Below, one piece after another: positions 34,232 through 43,630 of a DNA stretch of 64,000 nt (its first letter is position 1; every line of letters begins with the position of its first letter). Source of the DNA: a virus; the IMG/VR virus record IMGVR_UViG_3300009709_000022, positions 1 through 64,000 of that record. The stretch is one strand, 5' to 3'. The translations under genes and the position numbers were made by a program. The notes under the pieces were generated by a model. That model was not told the origin of the DNA and searched no databases. It saw nothing but the letters and a program-made list of their open reading frames with translations.

Positions 34232-34930
34232 TCATTCGGATCCCCACGGAAGAGAGAGACGCGCCTGAGAGTTGGCTCGCGCGATGCGCTTGTGCAGTGG
34301 GGTGTCCACTTCCAAGCTGATAACGAAGCCGTCCTGGAACACCAGATCATCTCCCTGCCGTTCTGCTGGCTGGCAGAGCCACACGATTTTCGTGTACGGA
34401 CACATGCAGAACAACTGTTCATCGAAGCGGCCGAAGCCACACTGGCTGGAATAGACGACGGCATCTTCCCACCGCGCCGGGCCCACCTTGCGCTCAAGGT
34501 TTTTCGGTGCTAACAGAGCGTTGAGGAATCCGTCAGCAATTAACTCGTGCCACGCTTTACCAGACAGTGCGCGAATCTGCTTCTGCAGCGCCGCGCCCAT
34601 CGTAACGGTGATGTCTGGATCGATCAGCGCGGTGAGAGCCGTGCGTCGTGTCGATGTCTCCACCGGGCTCTGCATGGGCACCATGGCATTGACGAGATTA
34701 TGCGTCTGCCCGTGCTGTACTTGGCGCAGCATCTCGATCGCTCCGTAGATAGCTGCGGGTGATGCCGCCCAAACAAAACGCGGCTTGGCGATGCCGAGAT
34801 GCTCATATCGTTCCCGCAGCAGGTCTTGCACAGCCCATCGGTCCTCGATGAAGTGCTTCTTTTCCTCTCGCTTGGCGAGGGATTGCGTGGTCGAAACGAC
34901 TATATCGTTGATTTCTTCGAAATCACTCAT
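34232..34930 (-). CDS. Hypothetical protein (DUF6745-like)
   Basis: P.FVWAASP and P.....LC..P....F.DG pattern, recalled. Confidence 0.55.
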   Translation of the reverse strand: MSDFEEINDIVVSTTQSLAKREEKKHFIEDRWAVQDLLRERYEHLGIAKPRFVWAASPAAIYGAIEMLRQVQHGQTHNLVNAMVPMQSPVETSTRRTALTALIDPDITVTMGAALQKQIRALSGKAWHELIADGFLNALLAPKNLERKVGPARWEDAVVYSSQCGFGRFDEQLFCMCPYTKIVWLCQPAERQGDDLVFQDGFVISLEVDTPLHKRIARANSQARLSLPWGSE

Positions 34931-35523
34931 GCAAATTCACCGGCTTCTTTCCTTGCCTTGTAGGTCGCCCATACAGGCAATTCGATCTGTGCAATGTTTA
35001 CGTGGTCGGGATCGTTGGCATCCCAGCGGCCACCGTGCTTGCCGCCAGGAAAATCAAAGATCACCGAATCGACCAGTGGGTAACCGTAACAACCTTTGAT
35101 CGTGCAACCCGGATATCGCCGCGTAAACTCCTCACGCAGATTATTCTCGGCCTGCTTCCTCTCGGCGCGCTCGCGCATGTCGTTCTCGTAACAGGATTGC
35201 GAGCAGTACACGCTTCTATCGTTTGGAAACACCACTACCAACTCATTGCCGTCGTGATCCTCGTTGCCGTCAATGCCATGGAGTCGGATGTTGCAACCAA
35301 AACAATCCCAAAACCAACCGTCCTCCACCAGAGCCCTGATGGGAACCGGGCCGGGTGCATACATGTCGAACTGCGGAGCCCGGCGACACGATGCGACGCC
35401 TTCGAAGTCGCAATCAATCTCGTTGGCCCCCTCACGCCGCGCCACAACACCACTCGTGGCAAAGACAACGCAACCGTTTTCGTCGCCCTGCACGCTGTAT
35501 GCCTGAAGTTTCTTCTTTTTCAT
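34927..35523 (-). CDS. Conserved phage hypothetical protein
   Basis: VVFA....ARR.GA, RAPQFD.Y...VP...L...GW...C..C. Confidence 0.7.
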   Translation of the reverse strand: MKKKKLQAYSVQGDENGCVVFATSGVVARREGANEIDCDFEGVASCRRAPQFDMYAPGPVPIRALVEDGWFWDCFGCNIRLHGIDGNEDHDGNELVVVFPNDRSVYCSQSCYENDMRERAERKQAENNLREEFTRRYPGCTIKGCYGYPLVDSVIFDFPGGKHGGRWDANDPDHVNIAQIELPVWATYKARKEAGEFA

Positions 35524-35738
35524 CGTAGCCCTCTTTGGTGTTCGTTTTCAGGGATTGGCTCACCGCAATCCCGAGCAAACCCAATACGTTTTGAACGTCT
35601 TGCGGTGATGGATACAGTTTGCCGGGTTCATCGTGTAGCCCTGCTTCCGCATCATCCAATCCGGGTGATACGGAAGCCGAGATGCAGCACTCGGCTTCCC
35701 GTCCACCGTCAATTCCATGTCGATCGTGCGCGGAGCCA

Positions 35739-36182
35739 TTACCGCAGCCCCCGTGGCACCAATTGATCGGGAATCTCGACCGAGAAAAATCCCTGCTGCC
35801 CGCGATATGGGATTGGCTCGTCGAACTTGTGGCGCACGCCCATCTCGAAGGCGAAACGGCCTGGACCGTAGTTGCCCCAGTAGAGTTGAGAATCCGTGCG
35901 GCGCGAGCGGATATCCTCCGTACGATGGCACGCCGTGATGCGTACAACGCCCAGGATTGCGCCGTAAGGCATGGTCTGGTAGCTGAGGCCATACGGATTC
36001 AGTTCGTCTTCCCATATGTCCTCCATGCCGACCTTTGTTTTGGCAGCGTGCAGGGCGACCAGGCCGCTTACGCGGGTCGGCCAGTGACGGGTCTCATCCA
36101 CCTTGATTGGATGGCCTTCGCCATCGTGTTCGAAGCAGATGCTGGCCCACGGTTGCCAGAGGGATAGGCAAGGTATCTTCAT
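35739..36182 (-). CDS. ASCH-domain protein
   Basis: LSLWQPWAS, ETRHW, ALHAAK, PIPYRGQQGFF. Confidence 0.88.
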   Translation of the reverse strand: MKIPCLSLWQPWASICFEHDGEGHPIKVDETRHWPTRVSGLVALHAAKTKVGMEDIWEDELNPYGLSYQTMPYGAILGVVRITACHRTEDIRSRRTDSQLYWGNYGPGRFAFEMGVRHKFDEPIPYRGQQGFFSVEIPDQLVPRGLR

Positions 36183-36787
36183 TTTTCCATCCATGAAATG
36201 AAAGTGGGGTTGTCGCGAACGAACGAGCTGAGGAACTCTCCGAGATGCTTGATGCCGGGGTGATCGTCCCCTGTTGCGTCGGGACTCATCCAGAAGGCAT
36301 CGCCTCCATAAGCACAACTGCCAGCATGCAGGACTTCGTGCATGAGATTGGTCTGGAGGTCTCTACGTGATTCGGCGTGGATGTATGTAATCTCCTTACG
36401 CTCGCAATCAGTTTGGGCGCCCACCCCTTTGAACGATTTCTCATGAAGATGCTTCACCGTGTCTTCATAGGAAGCGACTTCTCGAATGGGCCAAATCTCT
36501 CCACGGATCATCACCATGCGTGGTGTTCCGTCCGCATAGGTAGCACTATTTTCGGCCCAGATCGGGCCTACGTAGCTGTAATTCGCACCTTTCCATGCAG
36601 GTTGCCAATCAGAGAAAAGGAATTCTCCCTTCTTGTGTTTGTAGTAGGCGTACCCATTGAAAGAACCGAGCACGAGATTAACTACCAAGGCGATGCCGAT
36701 AATGAATTTCCAGTGAAGCATCTTCATTCTCGCGCGGTGTATCTGGCGGGACTGTTCTGCAAACGTAGCGCGCCCGGTGAGCTTCAT
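36179..36787 (-). CDS. Membrane-anchored HExxH metallopeptidase-like protein
   Basis: One TM segment; LMHEVLHA. Confidence 0.65.
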   Translation of the reverse strand: MKLTGRATFAEQSRQIHRARMKMLHWKFIIGIALVVNLVLGSFNGYAYYKHKKGEFLFSDWQPAWKGANYSYVGPIWAENSATYADGTPRMVMIRGEIWPIREVASYEDTVKHLHEKSFKGVGAQTDCERKEITYIHAESRRDLQTNLMHEVLHAGSCAYGGDAFWMSPDATGDDHPGIKHLGEFLSSFVRDNPTFISWMEK

Positions 36788-37356
36788 AGGTCCACCACCA
36801 CCATGTATTCGCCGATCGGATAGTGTCGGCCATCGCTACGCCGTCCAAGCCAGCCAATGATGTTCGTTCCGTCGTAGCATGTGAGGTGAACATGGTCATA
36901 CCCGTCCAGCGCATTAAGTGGTACCTGTGCGACGGCCAAATGGTGAGTCCTCAACACATCCAGATACTCCCGCTGCCCATCGGTGCCAACGCTTCCCAAG
37001 CCGCGGATCTCATCATCTGTTGCGAGGCGCAATGACTTGCCAAGCACTACAAAACGGAGCTTCGCTTTTACCGCCTTAATGACGCGCGTGAGGTACTTGT
37101 CATGCGTCGCGCTCTTCTTCAGCCATTGCGTGATGCCGAGCTTCGGCAGCAGGTAATCTGCTCCAGCTTGATTGACGAATTTCTGAATAGTATCGCCATA
37201 CATGCCACCGAAGTAAGCCTTCCACGCGCTGTCGTAGCAGGTGATGACGATTTCACCCTTGCCAGGTTCGTAGTTCAGGAAGAAGACGCGAATGGCATCC
37301 AGCCCTTGCAGGTACTCCGGTTCGTTGACTTCCATCGTGTCCAGTGTGGTTGCCAT
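36784..37356 (-). CDS. Hypothetical protein
   Basis: LD.IRVF......G.G.I.I.CY..AW..Y.G.M phage motif. Confidence 0.7.
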   Translation of the reverse strand: MATTLDTMEVNEPEYLQGLDAIRVFFLNYEPGKGEIVITCYDSAWKAYFGGMYGDTIQKFVNQAGADYLLPKLGITQWLKKSATHDKYLTRVIKAVKAKLRFVVLGKSLRLATDDEIRGLGSVGTDGQREYLDVLRTHHLAVAQVPLNALDGYDHVHLTCYDGTNIIGWLGRRSDGRHYPIGEYMVVVDL

Positions 37357-37359
37357 GTG

Positions 37360-37743
37360 TTACTGCCTCCGCAGGGCTTCGTAGCCCGGTGTGTTGTGGT
37401 AGTGAGCTTGTTCGTGGATCGGCCAGCAGCTTGTGCAGAGACGCTTCTCGCATAGTCCGCAAAATGCGTAGCTTTTCCGAGGCATGTGCTCGCATTCGCG
37501 TCCAGGATCATAGGCTTGTGGCCCCGTCATTTGGCTGATAATATTCGCATCTTCACTCATTGTCTTTTCCTTCGGCTCTAGGCTTTTTATGTAAGCGATG
37601 CAGCGTTCCATGTGTGGAATCGTTTTCGTTTGGGATGTGACTCCTCTGCCTGCCATAATCCAGCAACGATTGTTGGGTCCAGAAGCACATTTAGGGCAGC
37701 GCACCGTCTCGACATCTTCGAATGTGTAGGAAGTTCTTCTCAT
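37360..37743 (-). CDS. Zn-finger hypothetical protein
   Basis: CPKC...C...H..R. Confidence 0.55.
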   Translation of the reverse strand: MRRTSYTFEDVETVRCPKCASGPNNRCWIMAGRGVTSQTKTIPHMERCIAYIKSLEPKEKTMSEDANIISQMTGPQAYDPGRECEHMPRKSYAFCGLCEKRLCTSCWPIHEQAHYHNTPGYEALRRQ

Positions 37744-38036
37744 TCGATAATCCTTCCCTTGCAGGCACACTGCACCGGCGTTTTGCCGCTGATGGCGACG
37801 AGATATTTGGCGCGTTCGCGGATGTTCTCGGGGAGAAAGTCCACGAGAACGGGGTAGGCGAGCTGACAACCACACTGCAATGCACCCTTCACAGGTGGCC
37901 CAACCCACACCCAATCAGGAGACGGAACGGGGCGTTCACGAGGAAGATTGTCGCGCCGATCAATGGGGCGATCGTGGTCGATTGCGAACTGCATGGATCC
38001 CATGGGCGGTATGGTGTGAATGTCGATACAGCTCAC
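37740..38036 (-). CDS. Hypothetical protein
   Basis: Coupled ORF. Confidence 0.5.
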   Translation of the reverse strand: MSCIDIHTIPPMGSMQFAIDHDRPIDRRDNLPRERPVPSPDWVWVGPPVKGALQCGCQLAYPVLVDFLPENIRERAKYLVAISGKTPVQCACKGRIIE

Positions 38037-38252
38037 AATGTTCCTTCCTGGCGCATCTGCTCAATGCGCTCCATCTGTTGTGAATTCAATCCAGCAATGG
38101 ACACCACTTCGCGCTGCTGCCGCAAGTGCGTCGCGTACCAACGGTGCATCTTCCAATTGGTGCAGTTTTCGCAATAGTGCTTGCCGTCCGGAGCTACTCC
38201 TACAGCAGAGCGTGAGCATTTGCAGCAATCTGCCATTTGATACCCTTTCTGC

Positions 38253-38714
38253 ATGCTTTCCCCGGCCGCCTATCACATCCTCGCCAATCAAAACCTGATC
38301 ACCGATGGGCCGCGCCGGCTGTTGATGGAATTACTCCGTGATTATGACCTGACTTCGTTCCGCATGCTGTCGGTCAAACGACTCTCTGAAATGTATAGCC
38401 GCGAGCCCAGAAGCATCGCCACAGACTTGAATACGCTTTGTAAGGTGGCGTTGATGGAGCGGGGCCCGATGGCGAAGAGCCCACGCTCCAACAACCCCAT
38501 TCCTACGTACCGGATTCGCCCTGGGTTTCTTCTGACTCCGCAGAACCTGCAAGACTACTTTCAGGAGCGTCGGAAACAAGAGGAGCGGGAGTCAATTCTG
38601 CCACCTCCGTCACATCGGAAGAAGAATCCGGGGGGGATTGTGGCGGCGCAGCAGCGGCGTGCCGAACTGCGAGCAGCCGGTCAATCTCAGCAACCAGAAG
38701 AGCTGCAGCTTTAG
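38253..38714 (+). CDS. Winged-HTH DNA-binding protein
   Basis: SVKRLSEMYS...RSIATDLNTLCKVALM pattern. Confidence 0.55.
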   Translation: MLSPAAYHILANQNLITDGPRRLLMELLRDYDLTSFRMLSVKRLSEMYSREPRSIATDLNTLCKVALMERGPMAKSPRSNNPIPTYRIRPGFLLTPQNLQDYFQERRKQEERESILPPPSHRKKNPGGIVAAQQRRAELRAAGQSQQPEELQL

Positions 38715-39387
38715 CCAGATTGCGGATCGGATCGTCGGAAGGCTTCCACCAATCGGCATCCCACGGCCACATCTGTTCTCGGATTTCTGCCGTATCGATT
38801 TCGTCGTTGCTGACGATTTCGATAGCCTTGCACGTATAGCTGATGGCGGCTGCAGGCATTTCCCCCATGATGTGTTCGGCATCATGCTCTGCTGTCCAAC
38901 CTTCGTGTTTGATTTGGCGGATGCGCTCGCTCAACACGATGCCGATACCGGTAGCGGACAGGTCCCCCTCCGGGTAGTGTCCATCGCCAATCGAACTCAA
39001 GCCGTCTTCGATGCCCATGAGGCGTGATGCCAGGCGAGCGCCAATGACGGCTTTCTCTGACTGAGTCAAAGCATCGTCGAGCATCTTCATGTTCGCGATC
39101 TGCATGCCCATCACTTCAGCATCGGTCTTGCTGTGGCACACCAAACAATCGCCATCGTTGTTGCTGTCTATGCCGAGACCACAGCGCGGGCAGTCGCCGA
39201 GCTTTTGAGCCTTGCGCTCGTAGACCTCGATCAGGTGCAAGATACGCTCAGGGGAAGCGTAGTAGATGTACGGGATCATGTCGGTCAGATGCGGTTGTAC
39301 TTCGACACTGACTTCGCAGTTGCCGAGCACAACGGCTTTCTGTGCCTTGCCCTTCAAGAGAGCAATCTGTGTGGGTGTTACGGTCAT
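38503..39387 (-). CDS. Phage protein with Ea22-like segment and conserved ER.RQ..EGW..EHD domain
   Basis: ERIRQIKHEGWTAEHD...WPW...WWKP...RNL.KA.AL..AEI.RL. Confidence 0.75.
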   Translation of the reverse strand: MTVTPTQIALLKGKAQKAVVLGNCEVSVEVQPHLTDMIPYIYYASPERILHLIEVYERKAQKLGDCPRCGLGIDSNNDGDCLVCHSKTDAEVMGMQIANMKMLDDALTQSEKAVIGARLASRLMGIEDGLSSIGDGHYPEGDLSATGIGIVLSERIRQIKHEGWTAEHDAEHIMGEMPAAAISYTCKAIEIVSNDEIDTAEIREQMWPWDADWWKPSDDPIRNLAKAAALLVAEIDRLLAVRHAAAAPPQSPPDSSSDVTEVAELTPAPLVSDAPESSLAGSAESEETQGESGT

Positions 39388-39422
39388 GGTTTCGTCCTCG
39401 CGGTGAGAGTTGCGTTGTGGTT

Positions 39423-39677
39423 TTACTTCGCCCAAAGGCTTGCGTTCAGGCATTCAACAATGCCGTCAATGATCTTGCCGAGGCCTTCCTGAAAGCTGGG
39501 CGGGTTGACAATAGTCTTGGATTCAACGGCGTGATCTGTCTTCACGGCGGCGTTAACGATTTCCATTGCAGCGGCTTTCTTCTGTTCGCCGGTCTTCGCA
39601 CCGTATACGGATTCGATGCCCTGGATGAGCGATGGAAGAACGGCGATGGTGCGCAGGAAGAGCTTGAGAAAGTTCAT
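39423..39677 (-). CDS. Small hypothetical protein
   Basis: G.QKK..A motif; clean ORF. Confidence 0.6.
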   Translation of the reverse strand: MNFLKLFLRTIAVLPSLIQGIESVYGAKTGEQKKAAAMEIVNAAVKTDHAVESKTIVNPPSFQEGLGKIIDGIVECLNASLWAK

Positions 39678-39691
39678 GCTTGTGCCTTTCG

Positions 39692-40069
39692 TTACAGAGA
39701 TAGATTGCGAAGAGTGATGCAACTCTTTGGGAAATCCACTTTACGCATCATCTTCATGTCCATGAAATACACGACGTGATCATCCCGCCAGTTCGCGGCG
39801 TTCTTGCGCCACTTCTTCCGAATCCGCTTCTTCTTGCTGCGAGGGAAACGGAACTGTACATGCTTTGTCTCAGGCAGGTACGGGCTGCAGATGGCGTCCA
39901 CGCCCATAAACTCGAGCGCGTCGTCGATTGAGCGGCTGGCTGGAGGTGCCTGTATCTCTTCGAATGCGGCGCCGTTGGCGAGAGCCGCCGCTATCCGGCG
40001 ATGCATCTCCGTCCCGGCAACCAGTGCTGTGTTTGCCGGTGAGAAACGGCCCATGTCAAAGATACTCAT
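39692..40069 (-). CDS. Hypothetical protein
   Basis: QFRFPRSKKKRIRKKW phage motif. Confidence 0.65.
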   Translation of the reverse strand: MSIFDMGRFSPANTALVAGTEMHRRIAAALANGAAFEEIQAPPASRSIDDALEFMGVDAICSPYLPETKHVQFRFPRSKKKRIRKKWRKNAANWRDDHVVYFMDMKMMRKVDFPKSCITLRNLSL

Positions 40070-40419
40070 GGCCGCTCCTTCCATGGCTTGATGAATCCGC
40101 CACAATGCTCCCACGCGAGGAAGTCTGCGGATGTAAAGGTGGGAAGAGCGTAATTATCCGAACCGCCAGGATAATGCAGGCTAACATGCCAGTCATAAGG
40201 TGTGACCGTATGGTCTTCGGGACGCCAGTGCGAGACTGATGCACACACTGTTTCGGTGTCGTGGAACTTGTATTCCCAATGGTCATAGCCCACATTGCCG
40301 ACAATGTCTACGCGGTAGCTGGGAGGCTTTGGCTTATCAAGTTCGTAATGAGTGGCTGTGAGGGCTATCCCGATAAGGACACCAATAACCAGACCCGGAG
40401 CTAATAAGGAATCTTTCAT
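40066..40419 (-). CDS. Membrane-anchored hypothetical protein
   Basis: N-terminal TM; RBS GAGGAG. Confidence 0.6.
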   Translation of the reverse strand: MKDSLLAPGLVIGVLIGIALTATHYELDKPKPPSYRVDIVGNVGYDHWEYKFHDTETVCASVSHWRPEDHTVTPYDWHVSLHYPGGSDNYALPTFTSADFLAWEHCGGFIKPWKERP

Positions 40420-40568
40420 GCTTGCATTCTCCTCTGGTTCGTTCGTTCAGTCGAGAAATCTTTGGTAACCACTTGCGGAGGACTTGCGCCAACTCCGGTT
40501 CTCAGGGACACTCAGGGTGTGCAGCCGCCGCGACTCGTCCTCGCCGCGTGGTTGCCTTGGGGCTGACT

Positions 40569-42035
40569 TCACGCAGGGGAGTCGGCCCCTTTCTCTTCTT
40601 CCATTCCCGCGAACAGCGGAGCGTACTCAGCAACGTCGCCGCCGGCTTGCTTTGGTGGTTTCGTCCAGTAGTTCGCCAAGCGACGTTCGCTCATGGCGGC
40701 ATATTCTGGATTCAATTCACAGCCTATGTACTGGCGACCGTGGCGCAGGGCCACGACTCCCGTTGTACCGCTGCCGCTGAATGGATCGAGCACGACGCAC
40801 GGGGACACCTGGGCATCCTCGCATGTGCAGGTCGGCTCCCATCCCTTTGTGACGTACTCTGCTGAATGCACACCGAACTCATCGCGTGCCCGGTTCTGCC
40901 CATTCACCCCGCGCACTTGCTGCATGCCGCTCGTGAGATCCGCAGAGTGGTCATGGAAGCTCTTACCCAATGCTTTGGCGTATCGCTCGGACGGCTCAAG
41001 GATGCGTTTCCACGGTGCGCCACATGCGCTGCAACATCCTTTCTCGCTGGTACCGGCAAGAATGCAGGGCTCCACCAACTTCGTTGGGAACGTGGCGAAG
41101 TGAGCTTCAGGGAACGCCTCGGTACTGACCGTCCACACGCTGCGCTTGTTGCGCGTCGAAGGCATCACCGCCATCGCTTCGTCAAAGCTCTCGTTGTTCT
41201 TCGTGCCGCTGCCGGATGTGGCGAGCTTTCGTATGCCATTTCGCTGGCTAGTTGGCGCAGACTTGTGCCCCTCCGTCACTCGCGCCCGACGTTCATGCGT
41301 GTTATTGCTGGCTGTTTCCTTGATAGCCTCTGCGTCGTAGAAGTAGCGCGCTGACTTGGTCAACAGAAACACGTATTCATGCGACGTGGTGGGCCGGTCC
41401 TGATAGCTCCCCGGCATGGGATTTGGTTTGTGCCAGATGATGTCTGAGCGCAGCCACCAGCCGTTTTCCTGAAGCGCGGATGCAAGCCTCCATGGCATGC
41501 CCATCAGGTCTTTGGGCTTGAGTCCGGAGGATGGAACGCGCCTACGGTTTTGGACAACGGCTGACATTGTTCCAGAACCAATGCGAGGGTTAGAAGATGT
41601 TCCACGCGATCCCGTGCTGTCGTAGCCACCAGCGTTGCTGGCATAAGAATCTCCAAGATTTACCCAGCAAGTTCCATCTGGACGAAGCACCCGCCGAACC
41701 TCGCGGAAGACCTGAACCAGCTTCTCGATGAACTCCTGCGGGGTCTCTTCGAGACCAATTTGCTCGTCCACGCGCGTTGCTCCGCATCGCCCGCATGTGC
41801 TCTTGTACGGGACACGCTGCGTGTGAGTACGATCGGCACGGTTACCGCTCTTTCCCTGGGTGCCACGGTTCTGCAAGTGGTCGCAACCCGGATCGTTACC
41901 GCCCACCCATTGACCCGTTTGATAGTCCCTAAGCTGGTAGTACGGTGGGCTGGTGACGACGCAATGCACGCTGCTGTCCGGCAACTCCTGTAGCCGCTTC
42001 AGCACGTTGCCAATGAGAATGACGCGACCCATCAC
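40569..42035 (-). CDS. Orphan DNA methyltransferase, N4-C/N6-A beta class
   Basis: [31 protein letters not shown]. Confidence 0.95.
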   Translation of the reverse strand: MMGRVILIGNVLKRLQELPDSSVHCVVTSPPYYQLRDYQTGQWVGGNDPGCDHLQNRGTQGKSGNRADRTHTQRVPYKSTCGRCGATRVDEQIGLEETPQEFIEKLVQVFREVRRVLRPDGTCWVNLGDSYASNAGGYDSTGSRGTSSNPRIGSGTMSAVVQNRRRVPSSGLKPKDLMGMPWRLASALQENGWWLRSDIIWHKPNPMPGSYQDRPTTSHEYVFLLTKSARYFYDAEAIKETASNNTHERRARVTEGHKSAPTSQRNGIRKLATSGSGTKNNESFDEAMAVMPSTRNKRSVWTVSTEAFPEAHFATFPTKLVEPCILAGTSEKGCCSACGAPWKRILEPSERYAKALGKSFHDHSADLTSGMQQVRGVNGQNRARDEFGVHSAEYVTKGWEPTCTCEDAQVSPCVVLDPFSGSGTTGVVALRHGRQYIGCELNPEYAAMSERRLANYWTKPPKQAGGDVAEYAPLFAGMEEEKGADSPA

Positions 42036-42388
42036 TGTTCCTTCGCTGCCTGTTTGGCCTTATAGTCCTCGATCACACGCGCGGCGGTTTGCTCGTCATC
42101 ATGCACGCCGAGATACACCTTGCCCACCTTCGCCTGGCAACGCCCGCTCTTCATGCGGTGAACGCCAGGGATGCCGGTGTTGGTCTTGCGTTCGCGGAAC
42201 CGCTTCGCGTTGGATTCGCGCACGGCTTTCTGTGCTGGCGTGGTGCGTGCGGTGGCCGCGTGGCGTGCGCTCTCAGAGAAGTAACGGTCAACAATTCCTC
42301 TCATCGCGCCACGTATGGAACCAGTCGTAAATCCTCGCGCACTATCTGCGGCGGCCGTCAGAGCTTCGATTAGATCGTCTTTGGTCAT
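42032..42388 (-). CDS. AP2-like DNA-binding protein
   Basis: TGIPGV....GR.QA......YLG..D....AAR. Confidence 0.65.
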   Translation of the reverse strand: MTKDDLIEALTAAADSARGFTTGSIRGAMRGIVDRYFSESARHAATARTTPAQKAVRESNAKRFRERKTNTGIPGVHRMKSGRCQAKVGKVYLGVHDDEQTAARVIEDYKAKQAAKEQ

Positions 42389-42693
42389 CGTGTCACCTGA
42401 TGCCCGTGGCGTGCGTAGAGAAAAAACAGAAAGACTGCGAGCATCACAAGCGGCCCGGTAATCATCCCGAGGAATTGTGCGCGGTGGCGTGCGCGGTATG
42501 TTTCAGGCATTCAGTTCTCCAGTGCGATTCAGTTCCGGTGGTGGTGGAGCGCAGCGTCCGCGTCCTCCGCAGGTGCGGCAGGTGCGAGCTGATGACTCCT
42601 GCCGTCCAGGGATGTATGGTGAGACCTCAAAGCCAACACCGCTACAGCGGGGGCATTTGATTCCCGACATAGACTGCTGTGGCTTGCGGCGCT

Positions 42694-42900
42694 TCATTGG
42701 TGCAAGGTCTCCATGTGCCGCTGCAGCACCTTAACAGCGCACTCTTGGCTGCACAGGTGTTTGTCATCGCTCTCGTCATGTTCCGGCCACGGGCCAAAGC
42801 ACAGCGTCTTGCGATCTTTGTTTTCGCGAAACGTGAGACGGTTGTCCTTGTCGCTGATGACCGCGTTGCAGGCGTCGCAGTGATAGACGGTGGACTTCAT
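42694..42900 (-). CDS. Small Zn-finger protein
   Basis: CDAC...HLCSQEC. Confidence 0.55.
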   Translation of the reverse strand: MKSTVYHCDACNAVISDKDNRLTFRENKDRKTLCFGPWPEHDESDDKHLCSQECAVKVLQRHMETLHQ

Positions 42901-43190
42901 GACGCTGCCTCCGGATTTTCGTGCGGTACCTGCATCAGCGGCTCAACAAATTCAAGCTGCTGGAGGACACCTTCCAAGGTCTTGCGGACGGTCTGGATCT
43001 CGCGCGGGCGGGCAGCATATGCATTGATTCGTTCCCATCCCTTGCGGATGTCGAACGTGGTGCCGATGCGAATGGCATCGTTGTTGTAATAGCCGCCTTC
43101 GGTGAGTTGTTTGCCCGCAATCCTGTTGAGTTCGTCCGCGCTGGCCTCAACCAGATAGTGGCTACCACTTGTGGATGCAATGACCTTCAT
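42897..43190 (-). CDS. Hypothetical protein
   Basis: RBS AAGGAG, coupled. Confidence 0.65.
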   Translation of the reverse strand: MKVIASTSGSHYLVEASADELNRIAGKQLTEGGYYNNDAIRIGTTFDIRKGWERINAYAARPREIQTVRKTLEGVLQQLEFVEPLMQVPHENPEAAS

Positions 43191-43474
43191 GTCGTCTTTC
43201 TCCTTGGTAGATCGGGATACGCTCGTTCAATCACCCGGTAGAGCGCTTCGTCTTGCAACACGCCGCCAGGCAGATGCTTGAATGCTTCGGATTCGCGTAG
43301 ATGGTGCGGCAATTCCTCAGCGGTGATGGTGAAGGATACGGGTGGCCGGTCGGTACGCTCTACGGTGGCTGTGACGCTGTAGAAGTCGCCATCAACACGC
43401 AAAGCGCGGAAGGTAGAGCGGCGCAACAGCATGCGCCGCAACCCTTCCAACGTAACCGGACGGGCCTTAGCCAT
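43187..43474 (-). CDS. Hypothetical protein
   Basis: Coupled ORF. Confidence 0.5.
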   Translation of the reverse strand: MAKARPVTLEGLRRMLLRRSTFRALRVDGDFYSVTATVERTDRPPVSFTITAEELPHHLRESEAFKHLPGGVLQDEALYRVIERAYPDLPRRKTT

Positions 43475-43630
43475 TTTTCTTATTCCAAAACAGCCGCCAC
43501 CCAAGCACTTCGCAAAGTGGCTTATCGTGGCCTTCGCGCTCAGAGAAGTACGCACGCGCATTTGGAGACTTGAGACGGATAAACCATCGCCATAGACGAA
43601 CAAAGAGAACGCCATCCACTATTTCCGCAG

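Noticed and set aside
38503-38714. Antisense overlap of two convergent CDSs as a regulatory system
   Set aside because: The overlap involves low-complexity C-terminal tails and is most simply stop-codon drift.
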